Source: a virus. From it: a stretch of DNA of 64,000 nt. Positions within the stretch are counted from its first letter, which is position 1; each line of letters starts with the position of its first letter. A program made the position numbers and the translations under genes. This document shows positions 1-10,278 of the stretch, piece by piece. The stretch is taken from positions 22,539-86,538 of the IMG/VR virus record IMGVR_UViG_3300012920_000025; one strand, written 5' to 3'. A model generated the notes under the pieces. The model did no database searches. It saw nothing but the letters and a program-made list of their open reading frames with translations, and had not been told where the DNA came from.

Positions 1-1
1 T

Positions 2-712
2 TATCCACAAGGACATCCCCTTCACAACCAGGAGGTTGTGGAGATTCGCTTCATGACGGCGAGAGACGAAGATATTTTAACTTCGCAAACGTTGTTGAAA
101 AAGGGTGTTGCTATCGACAAGTTGATTCAAAGCGTTATAGTGGATCAGTCCATTGATGCTGATGATTTATTGATTGGTGACAAGACTGCGATCATGATTG
201 CTGCTCGTATCACAGGATATGGACCAGATTATCAAGTGAATGTAACTTGTCCGAACTGTGATTCGAAATCTGATCATCAGTTTGACCTTTCGGATTACAG
301 CAAATACTTCATCAATTCACAAGAAGATGAAAATTTTGAGTTAACTCCTCAAGGCACTTTCTCTACGATACTACCAGTATCAAAGAGAAAGGTTGTTGTT
401 AAGTTATTGACTTCAAATGATGAAAAAAGAGTAAGAAAGATAACAGAAGCAAAAGCAAAGAATAGGTTGGCAGAATCAAACGCAACAGATCTGCTTAAAT
501 CGTTTATCGTTTCGATAGATGGTGTTACGAACAAAGACGAGATCGCAGTAATGGTATTAGATCTACCTGCTCGTGACTCTTTGTTTTTAAGAAAGAACTA
601 CAGCAAACTTGTTCCTAAAGTTGAGATGATAGAGAACTATGAGTGTGTGTATTGCGGCGCAGAGACCGAAATGGAGGTCCCTCTGGGTGCCACGTTTTTT
701 TGGCCTGGGTGA
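2..712 (+). CDS. Baseplate hub / tail assembly chaperone, T4 gp26-like (5' end runs off the window)
   Basis: Frame is open from base 2 (YPQGHPLHNQEVVEIRFMTARDEDIL). Two CxxC pairs (CPNC, CVYC) and a C-terminal FFWP. Lies upstream of the tape-measure-like genes. Confidence 0.7.
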   Translation, partial: YPQGHPLHNQEVVEIRFMTARDEDILTSQTLLKKGVAIDKLIQSVIVDQSIDADDLLIGDKTAIMIAARITGYGPDYQVNVTCPNCDSKSDHQFDLSDYSKYFINSQEDENFELTPQGTFSTILPVSKRKVVVKLLTSNDEKRVRKITEAKAKNRLAESNATDLLKSFIVSIDGVTNKDEIAVMVLDLPARDSLFLRKNYSKLVPKVEMIENYECVYCGAETEMEVPLGATFFWPG

Positions 713-719
713 CGATCAC

Positions 720-896
720 ATGAAATATGTTCATGAGCAGATATTTTATCTTATTCATCATGGCAACTGGAACTATTATGACGTGTATGACCTTCCTATC
801 AAGATTAGGTCATGGTTTGTGCAAAGATTGAGCAAACACTTCGAAGACAAAAACAAAGAAATGGAAAAGATGCACGCCAAGAACAAGCAACGCTAA
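720..896 (+). CDS. gp51-like small baseplate hub assembly protein, possibly a frameshift extension of the upstream gene
   Basis: HEQIFYLIHHGNWNYYDVYDLPIKIRSWFVQRL resembles the gp51/tail-chaperone C-terminal pattern. The frame is open back through the T7 run at 695-701. Confidence 0.6.
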   Translation: MKYVHEQIFYLIHHGNWNYYDVYDLPIKIRSWFVQRLSKHFEDKNKEMEKMHAKNKQR

Positions 897-920
897 CTAC
901 TTATTAGTGGAGAATCAGAA

Positions 921-1229
921 ATGAAAGATGAACAACCAATCATAATCGACTTTAATAAAATAGACGAAAGTTTCCTTATAGCAATGGGCGCAAGATTGAG
1001 GTTAGTCTTAAATGCACTATTTACTGGAGAGTTTTTCCCTGTAAAAGTCAGAGGTTCCCAATCACAAATAGACTCCTTTGTTCGAACACTTGCAGGAGAG
1101 AAAAGATATCTCTCCTCGATGTCACAGTATGGGTTAGACAATCCAAAAACATTGCGTGATAAATACAAACTGAAAAAATCAGTTAAATCTTTTGAACGAG
1201 ATACGGGTTTAGTGTGGCCTTTTAAGTAG
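921..1229 (+). CDS. Hypothetical protein (tail module)
   Basis: 102-aa ORF with GGAG RBS, preceded by a CTACTTA motif. Confidence 0.6.
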   Translation: MKDEQPIIIDFNKIDESFLIAMGARLRLVLNALFTGEFFPVKVRGSQSQIDSFVRTLAGEKRYLSSMSQYGLDNPKTLRDKYKLKKSVKSFERDTGLVWPFK

Positions 1230-1240
1230 GGGGACCCTAG

Positions 1241-3397
1241 ATGGCGTGGAACGTACAAAAATTTCAACAACTCGCAGACCTTCTCATAACTCTTTCTGGG
1301 CAAGGCAGCAACATAGATGTAGAGTCTCAAAATTATAAAAAAGCGGAAAGATTAATAACACAACTTTTTAATACCAGTGAAAGATCTAGGATTGCGAACA
1401 TCAGTTTGTCTGAAATCTTGGATGATATGGAGAGAAGAAAGGATCTAATAGAAAAAAGAAAATCTGTTTATCTTGAAGAAGATGAAGCCCGACGAGCAAT
1501 CGTTAACGCTAATAGACGCGCCGAAGAAATGATAAGGCAAAAAATCAAGATTCTACTAACATCAGAAGAATATTCTGAGCAAGAACTGGCAGATCTGAGA
1601 GAAGAATTTGAGTTATTAAGAAAGACAAATAAAAAAGCACAAGAGTACGACGAAGGTTTAAAAAAAGGTGCAGCTATTGCTGAATCTATATTACAATCTA
1701 CCTTGGGTATTAGCAAAAATACCGTTAACGTTATGGGCGGCATAAAAGGGTTTGGTAAGGGACTCAAAAAGTCTGTAAATGCTGCAAACATTATGGCGAC
1801 GTTAGTGACGAGAGCACTTGAGATATTCTCATCTGTCGATGGCGCTGCTGCTAACCTTTTTAAAAACCAGGGGACAGACAGGTTTAAAAAAGATGTTCTT
1901 TCTGTAGGCACTGACTTATCGCTTGCGTTTACAACATCAGATTCCGCAGCGGCCGAGATGATTGGTGAACTAAGAAATACACAAAAAACTTTTGACACTC
2001 AATCCCGTGAAGAAGTTAGAAATGCCGCACGAACCGCTGGCAAACTAAGTGCAATGGGAGTATCTGTAAGTGCATATGCTGACTTGGGCAAATTCATGAG
2101 AGCAAACCTTGGTCAGCATATCTTGGAGCAGAATAGAACTTTGGGCAAATTCTATGATTTGGCAAAAAGCACAGAAATGTCTCCTGAGCAGGTTTTTCGA
2201 GAGGTGGCGGAATCAATACCTGTCTACTCAAGGTATGGCCGACAGTTTTCTGATGTTGTTATTGGAATGCAACATGCAGCAAAAAGGACAAATATGAAAA
2301 TGGCAGACCTAGTGACACTAACGGAGTCTTTTGACCAGTCAGAGAATGCTTATAGGCAGGCACAAAAGTTCAATGCACTTCTTGGAGGTAACTTCCTCAA
2401 TCCAGCAGCGCTATTAAGCGCAACACCACACGAAAAAGTCAGATTGATCGCAGAGGCGTATCAGTCAGCGCAGAGGAAGATAGGAGACATACATCCAGAT
2501 ATAGTTAGATCTCTTTACAGCAATTTCAACATGGATGCCCAGCAATTTAATAATATTGTTAATGCTAATTTCGAAGACTTTGATGGGGAAATAAGCAAAA
2601 CAGTATCCGGAACACCAAATTTAATGAAAAAACTTAATGATGATATTAAAAAATCTTTGAGTGTGGGCGATGCACTGGAGAGGTCCCTGGCAACGATGTT
2701 TAGGGCAGTTTTAAAAGATTTAATACCACACATAATGAAAATCGCAAACTTCGCCATAGAACTTTTTAAGATTATTTTAAGATTTAGTCCTGCTGGAATG
2801 TTGTTATCAATATTAGATGGATCAGCGTTACAGTTATTTAAAGATGTTACGGGAATAACCGCAAAAGAGGAAAAACAGAAGGAAAAAGAAGAAGAAAAAC
2901 GACAAGAAAACTTTTCACACGATATGTTGGCAGGACAAATGCTTGAAGATGAGGATGGTGTTTCAAGATTCCTTAACTCGCTACAGGATGTCTCTGCTGT
3001 GGGACCAACCATGGTTAGCGCCGGAGCAGCAGACCCCATGGAAATCGCCGCTGCTCATGTTTTAGATTTACATGATCAGGCGGAGTATGCCAAGCAAGAA
3101 GAGCAACAAAGATACGTTGAATCGAGAAGAACGGGAATAGCACAGAGTATGGCCGCATCAAAGATGGGTGCTTTTAATGACTCTCCGGTGGCAATGAGTA
3201 CCACCAATGCTTCTATGATGGATCTTCTTCCGGCCGGAGTACCAGTCGTTGATGCCAAGATGGAAACGTCCGATAAAGACGATGTTTTGATAGGCAGACT
3301 ACTTAAGTTAAGAGACAAACTACAGGAATATGGAAGTAAACAGATAAAAACTTCTATTAATGTTTCCGGTAGGAGTATAGGAGAGGTTGTAACGTAA
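1241..3397 (+). CDS. Tape-measure-like protein 1
   Basis: 718 aa, Ala/Lys/Glu-rich helical and coiled-coil character, located between the tail chaperone and baseplate genes. Confidence 0.65.
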   Translation: MAWNVQKFQQLADLLITLSGQGSNIDVESQNYKKAERLITQLFNTSERSRIANISLSEILDDMERRKDLIEKRKSVYLEEDEARRAIVNANRRAEEMIRQKIKILLTSEEYSEQELADLREEFELLRKTNKKAQEYDEGLKKGAAIAESILQSTLGISKNTVNVMGGIKGFGKGLKKSVNAANIMATLVTRALEIFSSVDGAAANLFKNQGTDRFKKDVLSVGTDLSLAFTTSDSAAAEMIGELRNTQKTFDTQSREEVRNAARTAGKLSAMGVSVSAYADLGKFMRANLGQHILEQNRTLGKFYDLAKSTEMSPEQVFREVAESIPVYSRYGRQFSDVVIGMQHAAKRTNMKMADLVTLTESFDQSENAYRQAQKFNALLGGNFLNPAALLSATPHEKVRLIAEAYQSAQRKIGDIHPDIVRSLYSNFNMDAQQFNNIVNANFEDFDGEISKTVSGTPNLMKKLNDDIKKSLSVGDALERSLATMFRAVLKDLIPHIMKIANFAIELFKIILRFSPAGMLLSILDGSALQLFKDVTGITAKEEKQKEKEEEKRQENFSHDMLAGQMLEDEDGVSRFLNSLQDVSAVGPTMVSAGAADPMEIAAAHVLDLHDQAEYAKQEEQQRYVESRRTGIAQSMAASKMGAFNDSPVAMSTTNASMMDLLPAGVPVVDAKMETSDKDDVLIGRLLKLRDKLQEYGSKQIKTSINVSGRSIGEVVT

Positions 3398-3398
3398 C

Positions 3399-5594
3399 AT
3401 GGCACTATCACTCAATCAAATACTAGAAACGTTGCGAGAAAAAGGTGTCTCTACAGAAATCTTAGAGTCTATAACACAGATGTCTGTGTCCGCCGCAGCA
3501 GATTCATTTGACGCCACCGCCGATCCTGCACAAGTAAGGACTTACTACGCCAATATAAATAGACTTTTAGAAGAAAACAGGTCTTCTCTTGAGGGGGTGA
3601 TTGATATAGATGAGGAGTCGCTTCGTACACTTGAAGAGGAGATGGATGTTTTAAGAGAGATTATTGACAATGAAATTGAATCCGGCAACCTCCAATCTGA
3701 AAGACTTCAGTCCGCAAAAGAAAGATTTAAAGAAGTTTCAAAACTTGCCAAAGAAAAGAAGAATTTTCTTGAAGGCGCAGCAAAGGGCGAAGCGGCCGCC
3801 GAACAACTACTCCAGGCAACTTTTGGATTAAGCACCGAATGGTCCGCGCTTGGATCTAAGGATGGCATGAAGGGACTTGGCAAGGGTTTTGCTGGCGGCA
3901 TAAAAAAAATGTTAAATCCAATGAGCATACTCATCGCTATTGCACAAAAGGTTTTAGAAAGAGCGATGGCATACGATAAAGCATCAGCCGATCTCTTCAA
4001 AAAAACTGCAATTGATCGCGACAAGATTCGTTTATCCACAATGGCTACTGATCTTAAAGGTATGACGATTGATTTAGAGAAAAAAGTTGCAAGTGCTGTA
4101 GGGTCACTGCAGGAAGGTTTCAGGCAGATAGGAGACTTAAGTCAAACTCAATTAGAAACAACCGCAAAAACAATAACTATTTTAGATGGTGTTGGGGTGT
4201 CAAGCAATGATACGGTTGATACTTTTGGTATTCTAACGCAAACATTGGGACAAACCCCAGAACAGGCAAATGAATTTTTAAATAACACAGTTGCAATATC
4301 TCGTGAACTAGGCCGCCCGCCGAGAGAACTAGTAAGCGATTTCGCAAAAAACGCACCTATCTTTGCAAGGTTCGGCAGCAGAAGTGTAAAAATATTCAAA
4401 GATATGGCACTCCAGGCAACACTTCTTGAGATGGACACAGCAAAACTTTTTGGACTTTCTGAAGGTATGGACACTTTCGAAGGCGCAGCAAAGGCTGCGC
4501 AGGCATTTAATGTTGCTGTTGGCGGACCATTCTTGAGCGCACAGGCATTACTGGCAGCAGAAGGTTCAGAAAAATTTGAATTGATTGCCGAAGCATATAA
4601 AAGAGCAAGTGGTGGAAAAGATATTTTATCTGAAAGAGACAAGCGCGGATTGGCCAAAGATCTGCAAATGGCACCTGACGAATTGATGAGGATGCTTAAA
4701 GGCGAAGGCGCGAACTTTAAAACAAAAAGAGAAAAGATGGACGAGGCACAATCAACGATGGCAGAAAATATAGAACTACAATCCAAAAACCAAACGGTAA
4801 TGGATCAGTTGACTGCCCAAATGCAGCGAATAATCGATGGACTCATCAAAGCAACCGGCGCAGACAAGGGTCTTGCATATGTGGCAGAAATTTTAACAGG
4901 TGTGGCCCAAACGCTTGCTCCGGATGAAATGCAAAGAACAATGGAAAACCAAAAGAAGATCAAGGAAGAAGGTGGTCTCATAAGAATAAATGATGAGATG
5001 TTTACTGATCACCTGGGCGATTCAAGTTTTTTTGGAACAACCCATGAGGTTTACTACTCCAAGAAACAAATCACAGATGCAAGAAAGAAGATCAAAGCAG
5101 GTCAGGGAGATGATGTTAAAGATGAGTTGTTGGAGTTCTTAACAACAACATCTGCGGTGATTCAAGATGAAAAGGGCAGAGATCAGTTAATGACACCGCA
5201 GGAGATGACAGATAGGCAATTCGAGCAATATCTTAAAACATTTGGTGGGGTCGACTACACAAAAGAGGGATATAATGTTATTAGTGCAGATCAAACAATG
5301 GGCACGTTTGTACCCGGTGAATTGGGAACAGGTTATCTTGTGCAGAAAAACAACGATGCAATAGTTGGACCCGCGTCATCAGCACAAGGATACATTCAAC
5401 CTGTTTTTAATAAACAAGATAAGTTCTACGCAGCAAAAGACGGCGGAGCGATCGCCAATGCTCTGGATCAGGTCTTGCATGCTGTAGATAAACTGATAGA
5501 AGAAAAACAAGACGTAAACCTAGATATTAATGATAGGAAGTTAGCGCAAGCAGTAGATGGCGCTTTTGCTACTTTGAACGCAAGGAGGGTATAG
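3399..5594 (+). CDS. Tape-measure-like protein 2 (paralog of protein 1)
   Basis: 731 aa. Shares collinear blocks with the previous ORF, e.g. FNVAVGGPFLSAQALLAAEGSEKFELIAEAY vs FNALLGGNFLNPAALLSATPHEKVRLIAEAY. Confidence 0.65.
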   Translation: MALSLNQILETLREKGVSTEILESITQMSVSAAADSFDATADPAQVRTYYANINRLLEENRSSLEGVIDIDEESLRTLEEEMDVLREIIDNEIESGNLQSERLQSAKERFKEVSKLAKEKKNFLEGAAKGEAAAEQLLQATFGLSTEWSALGSKDGMKGLGKGFAGGIKKMLNPMSILIAIAQKVLERAMAYDKASADLFKKTAIDRDKIRLSTMATDLKGMTIDLEKKVASAVGSLQEGFRQIGDLSQTQLETTAKTITILDGVGVSSNDTVDTFGILTQTLGQTPEQANEFLNNTVAISRELGRPPRELVSDFAKNAPIFARFGSRSVKIFKDMALQATLLEMDTAKLFGLSEGMDTFEGAAKAAQAFNVAVGGPFLSAQALLAAEGSEKFELIAEAYKRASGGKDILSERDKRGLAKDLQMAPDELMRMLKGEGANFKTKREKMDEAQSTMAENIELQSKNQTVMDQLTAQMQRIIDGLIKATGADKGLAYVAEILTGVAQTLAPDEMQRTMENQKKIKEEGGLIRINDEMFTDHLGDSSFFGTTHEVYYSKKQITDARKKIKAGQGDDVKDELLEFLTTTSAVIQDEKGRDQLMTPQEMTDRQFEQYLKTFGGVDYTKEGYNVISADQTMGTFVPGELGTGYLVQKNNDAIVGPASSAQGYIQPVFNKQDKFYAAKDGGAIANALDQVLHAVDKLIEEKQDVNLDINDRKLAQAVDGAFATLNARRV

Positions 5595-5595
5595 T

Positions 5596-6441
5596 ATGGG
5601 TTTTTATCAAAACTTTGGTCGTGATGCAAAAGGGCAAGATGGTATTCCAAGTATCGATCCAGTGTTGGCAGGGTTCGAAGAAGCGGGGTACTTAATAGAG
5701 GTGCTGCACATCTCTTCAGGCAAGATGGCAGTTTTTCCATCTTGGATTACAGACTTCTCTGATTCTTATGCGAGCAGTTGGAATTCAGAAACCATTTACG
5801 GAAGAAGCGACCCTATTGGTATATACCAAGGAACAACGAGAACTATTTCAGTCGCATTGAGCATTCCTTCTTACAGTGTTGTTGAGGCCAGGGAAAACAT
5901 GCACCAACTAGAGCACCTTATCGCGAACTTGTATCCATCATACAAAAAAGATACCAAAGGCACTCTGACAATGGTCGGATCTCCAATGGTAAAAGTTAAA
6001 TTTGCGAATCTTATTAAAAATGCAGAAAAAAGAAACAATGCAATCTCGGCAGCAGAAGGCGGACTATCTGGATGGATTAACAATGTTACTTTCACGCCCA
6101 ATCTAGAGTCGGGGTTTCATCACATGAGTCCGAACATGTCAGTTTCGGACCAGAATGATTATAATGGAGCACACTCAGTTACTAAGTTTCGAAACAAAAG
6201 TCACACATTACTTCCGAAGGTTATAGATTTTTCTTTTACTCTCACTGTAGTGCACGAACACCCGCTGGGGTGGCAAGGAAAGTCGTGGTTAAATGAAACA
6301 GGACTTTTTCCTTATGGTACAGAGACTATTTCAGGCGGCCAGCATGCAGCGGGAAACCAGGTTGGTGCAACAACAAGAACAGGTGGCAAGGTAGCAAAAG
6401 CACTTGTTGCTAACGCATTTAAGGGGAGACCAAAAGTTTGA
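5596..6441 (+). CDS. Baseplate / tail tube initiator-like protein
   Basis: ITDFSDSYASSWNSETIYGRSDPIGIYQGTTRTISVAL and PMVKVKFANL match the pattern of proteins that follow tape measure genes in myoviruses and contractile injection systems. Confidence 0.6.
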   Translation: MGFYQNFGRDAKGQDGIPSIDPVLAGFEEAGYLIEVLHISSGKMAVFPSWITDFSDSYASSWNSETIYGRSDPIGIYQGTTRTISVALSIPSYSVVEARENMHQLEHLIANLYPSYKKDTKGTLTMVGSPMVKVKFANLIKNAEKRNNAISAAEGGLSGWINNVTFTPNLESGFHHMSPNMSVSDQNDYNGAHSVTKFRNKSHTLLPKVIDFSFTLTVVHEHPLGWQGKSWLNETGLFPYGTETISGGQHAAGNQVGATTRTGGKVAKALVANAFKGRPKV

Positions 6442-6794
6442 GTTCTAGATACGGATTACGATCTACAAGAGAAAATAAGCATCCACTTTACAAAAGGATG
6501 ATAAAAGATCGTGGTGAAAAAAAGATTACCCACTTTCGAGCGCCAAAGTTTGCAGTTTTGAGTGATGAACTTATTGCAAGCATTGACGTAGAGATGGTCT
6601 ACTGGGGTATTCAAACTAGGTATTGGAAGTTGGCGTCTGAACATTATGGAGATCCATCATTGTGGTGGGTGATTGCATACTTTAACAGAAAACCAACAGA
6701 ATCTCATGTTAAAATAGGAGAGATGATTTTTATCCCTGATCAGTGGGAAGTCATATATAACGCTATCATAGAGGGCGACGAGAGGTTTAGTTAA
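6438..6794 (+). CDS. Baseplate wedge protein, gp53/LysM-like
   Basis: RYWKLASEHYGDPSLWWVIAYFN...GEMIFIP LysM-like motif. Confidence 0.7.
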   Translation: MSSRYGLRSTRENKHPLYKRMIKDRGEKKITHFRAPKFAVLSDELIASIDVEMVYWGIQTRYWKLASEHYGDPSLWWVIAYFNRKPTESHVKIGEMIFIPDQWEVIYNAIIEGDERFS

Positions 6795-6795
6795 C

Positions 6796-9159
6796 ATGTC
6801 AGGAAATAAAGGTCTCTCAAACCTAAACAAACAAGCATTCGAACTCGCCCGAGGCGACTATCTAAAAATCCAGTCGACAATGACAGACCAATACATCTTA
6901 ACTCAGTTTTTGGGGGACTTGGTAAAGCAGTCTGAAGAGGGAAAAATACCTTCTGCACCTCACTCTGGAGTGACGGTACCTCTTAGGCGTGTTGACCCAT
7001 ATGAGTTGTGTACTTTACTCACAAGATCCGGCGATTCTTTGGCACACAGGAATGTCTTTAATACTTTTAACAATGCGCAACTTTCTTTTTTGACTCCGGA
7101 AATAAAAATGGTGATAAGAAAGAGATCAGGATCAGGTACGACGCTACATTCGATTCCCTTACAAAACATACAACCGAAAATGAAAATCTTTGAGAGTGTT
7201 GAGAAGAGCACTGCGCTCATCGGATTAAAAAATATAAACCTAGAATTTGCTGGTCAGCATTACGCTACCGCAAGAAATGACATTAATGCTACTGCGACTT
7301 TTTATGGTAATACTTTGGCGGCATTTGAAAAGCATCCAATCTATCAAAATCTCATCTTGCCACCTATAGCAACCGAGGGCACAGATAACTCTGCACCTTC
7401 TGAGGTCGAAGTCTTGTTGCATGTAGGGTGGGCCCTGCCCTCCAAGGAAGCAGAAAAATCACTTAATTTTACAGAAATTCAGATGCAGGCACTCACGGCG
7501 CAGTTTCAGTCGTTTGTTATGATGTATACTGGACATTCCTTTTCTTTTAACCAAGACGGCAGCTTTATATTGAATGTAAATTATGTTTCAATGATTGACG
7601 AAATCCTGACCACTGCCAACTACATAACGAATGAGTCTTTTGCAAAAAGAGTGTTTGGAAAGTCGGGAGATAAATCTCCAGACAAACCGCTAACTCCAAA
7701 AGTCAGTAAGTTTGTAAGTAAATTTATAGAAGCGAACTACTCAGCAGCAAAACCAGAGACAAAAACAATGGTAAGAAATGCTCTTCTAGTCCGAGGACCT
7801 GACAAGGTTTCTGAGCAAATAGAAATTTTTAAAAGAAGACAAGCATCGCTGGCACCATCAGAGTTTGCTAAAATGTTTGAAGATCTTAGGTACAAATACC
7901 TAAAGATAAAACGACCAAAGTTAAACTTACTTTTTCTTAAAAAAGCACTTAAGAGGTACGTTCCGAATATATCTAATTCAAATATCAGCACACTTGTTGC
8001 AGAAATAGCAACAGATTCTGAATTCAATGCAAGAGAATTTTATACAAACGCCGAAGCGATCAGGATAAGTGGTCTAAAAATCGCTGGCAAGATAGACGAG
8101 TTTGCAGAGTTCCTCGGTGCTGGCAAAAACATTACAGGAAAAAGACCCCCTAACGCAATTCGAGAAGCAATGTCACCGGCACTACAACAACCAACATACT
8201 TAACGAGAGAACAGTTTTTGAAAGAAACGGTCATCGATCCAAAAGATGACGAAATAGCAGAAACCAAATACATACCGTTTACAACTGTCGGATACTTTAT
8301 ACAGACTTTTTTATCAAAGGTTAAACATCAAATTTCTGGTAGAGATATAAAGGTCGTTCTTGGAACACTCAAGGTAAGCATCCCAGGTGACATAGCAAAT
8401 AAAAAAGTCTATTCAATATTTGATATTCCCATAGCGGAACAATCTATAAAGGAAGTAATCAGAAAACTTTTTACAGGAAGGGTAACTGAAAGAGTTACAT
8501 TTCTGGCATTTATGAGAGTTCTTATGGAAGAGGTGGTTGAAAAATATTACATACAAGGTGATTTTGTTTTTGATGCGGGACTTAAACGGTCTTCAAACAT
8601 TGTCAGAACAGCCCAGTTTACAATCCCAGAAGCAACAGCATCCAAGATAAATTCTTCAACAATAAAGAAGGGATTTAGGCAAGATATAAGATCACTTGCA
8701 ACTGTAGAGAACCCTCCAGAATCAGTAAATCTTTACTTTGTTACTGCTGGTCCTGCTGCAGATCCATCTGAGTTACTGTTAGACAACTATGTTGTATCTT
8801 CTCCAAACAGCGTTATAAAAAAGATTAATTATACAGAGTCCAATATTGCAATCATTGCTGAAAAGCGCAACGATCTTATTGCCAAAGCATACAGGGATGG
8901 AAATTTAGAGATTCTACCGCAAGTCTATAACGTAAAGATGGATATAGTTGGGAACATGATGTTCATACCCGGATATGTATTTAATCTTTGGCCAAACACA
9001 ATGGGACTCAGTGCAGAGTCCAAAGATTCCGTGCTAAAAAAACTTGGATTGTTGGGTAGTTATTGGACAATAGGCGTAGAGCATTCTTTCGGTGAAGGCG
9101 GATTCACTACAACGATAGATGCATACAATGTAACTGTTGGCGAATCACCAACGAGATAG
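6796..9159 (+). CDS. Large baseplate hub-like structural protein
   Basis: 787 aa. C-terminal IVGNMMFIPG...GSYWTIGVEHSFGEGGFTTTIDA resembles gp27/GpD hub C-termini. Position in the tail module agrees. Confidence 0.5.
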   Translation: MSGNKGLSNLNKQAFELARGDYLKIQSTMTDQYILTQFLGDLVKQSEEGKIPSAPHSGVTVPLRRVDPYELCTLLTRSGDSLAHRNVFNTFNNAQLSFLTPEIKMVIRKRSGSGTTLHSIPLQNIQPKMKIFESVEKSTALIGLKNINLEFAGQHYATARNDINATATFYGNTLAAFEKHPIYQNLILPPIATEGTDNSAPSEVEVLLHVGWALPSKEAEKSLNFTEIQMQALTAQFQSFVMMYTGHSFSFNQDGSFILNVNYVSMIDEILTTANYITNESFAKRVFGKSGDKSPDKPLTPKVSKFVSKFIEANYSAAKPETKTMVRNALLVRGPDKVSEQIEIFKRRQASLAPSEFAKMFEDLRYKYLKIKRPKLNLLFLKKALKRYVPNISNSNISTLVAEIATDSEFNAREFYTNAEAIRISGLKIAGKIDEFAEFLGAGKNITGKRPPNAIREAMSPALQQPTYLTREQFLKETVIDPKDDEIAETKYIPFTTVGYFIQTFLSKVKHQISGRDIKVVLGTLKVSIPGDIANKKVYSIFDIPIAEQSIKEVIRKLFTGRVTERVTFLAFMRVLMEEVVEKYYIQGDFVFDAGLKRSSNIVRTAQFTIPEATASKINSSTIKKGFRQDIRSLATVENPPESVNLYFVTAGPAADPSELLLDNYVVSSPNSVIKKINYTESNIAIIAEKRNDLIAKAYRDGNLEILPQVYNVKMDIVGNMMFIPGYVFNLWPNTMGLSAESKDSVLKKLGLLGSYWTIGVEHSFGEGGFTTTIDAYNVTVGESPTR

Positions 9160-9168
9160 GAGATTGTT

Positions 9169-10278
9169 ATGGGGAAAATTATTAGCAGCATAACAAATAA
9201 GTCTTCCTACAACAGGGAGTCAAGTATTATAGACAATCTCAATCTTATTGACAACTGGGATCAAAAACAGTTCTTTTATCTTCGACGAAATAACAAAAAT
9301 AGAACTATTGCTGTATGGGACAGGGGAAACATGTCTCAACTTAGCGATACAGAAGTTTGTATAAATTTTGTAGCAGATGCTTTCGCAGATTTTCAAACTC
9401 ATTACCGCAAAAAAGTGGTGAATGGGTTGAAACCTTTTATGGACATGAAGACTCTAAAGGTAGAGAAGGCGTATGTTAGACCAATTGCTGCTTACTTGGA
9501 GCACCAAAAGAGACTAGAAGCGCTTCTGTTAGAAAATGTACTAGTTCCAGATGCCAATAGAATAAAAACATTTGAAGATTACGCGGGATGCTTTGATAAG
9601 TTTGTTAGAGAGTATGGACACAGATACCCAATATTGTATTCGACTTTTGTCAATTCTCATTACTGCTCTCTTTACTCTACTGGTCTCATGATTGAATTGG
9701 GATCACATGGTCACAACAGTGATGAGAAGAGGAGGGAAGCGCTCAATGACGACTCCTTAACGTTCTTTGTTGACTTAGCTAAAGAGTATGGATTTACGGT
9801 TCCAAAGCAGGCACCGTGGTGCATCATTGCAAATTTAGATTCTCAAGCGATGCAGAACTATGCTATAGAATATAACGCATTGACCAAGAAAGAGATAATG
9901 AAAGAATATTTTTATGAATGCAAGAACCACGACATCGATCTCCTTAAGGGACTAATGTTTAATGGATTGGAAGCATTACAAGAAAAGAATCCTTTGATTG
10001 AAATCAATAAAGTGTGTAAGAGTGGAAAACTAAGAAAAGTTACATCCTCAAGAAATCTGCCTGAAACTAAAACATTATTTGATTCTATGTCTTCAAGGCA
10101 TATGCTTAGAGCGTATATCGAAACTTTGTTGATAGAGAGGCGTGTTAAAATAGAGAAACTAAAACTTGACATACTTTTTGAAGAATGTTATTATATGCTT
10201 GAAAAATATAGTTTCGATATCGCCTATACTTTTATCGAGATGAAGATATTAGAAACAAGACCAGACAGGATTAGGTAG
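9169..10278 (+). CDS. Hypothetical protein
   Basis: 369-aa ORF with AGGAG RBS, coupled to the next gene. Confidence 0.55.
   Translation: MGKIISSITNKSSYNRESSIIDNLNLIDNWDQKQFFYLRRNNKNRTIAVWDRGNMSQLSDTEVCINFVADAFADFQTHYRKKVVNGLKPFMDMKTLKVEKAYVRPIAAYLEHQKRLEALLLENVLVPDANRIKTFEDYAGCFDKFVREYGHRYPILYSTFVNSHYCSLYSTGLMIELGSHGHNSDEKRREALNDDSLTFFVDLAKEYGFTVPKQAPWCIIANLDSQAMQNYAIEYNALTKKEIMKEYFYECKNHDIDLLKGLMFNGLEALQEKNPLIEINKVCKSGKLRKVTSSRNLPETKTLFDSMSSRHMLRAYIETLLIERRVKIEKLKLDILFEECYYMLEKYSFDIAYTFIEMKILETRPDRIR

Noticed and set aside
9169-10278. Upstream ORF as the missing exonuclease half of a split PolA
   Set aside because: No DEDD Exo I/II/III motifs could be identified by eye. It is left as hypothetical pending a structure search.
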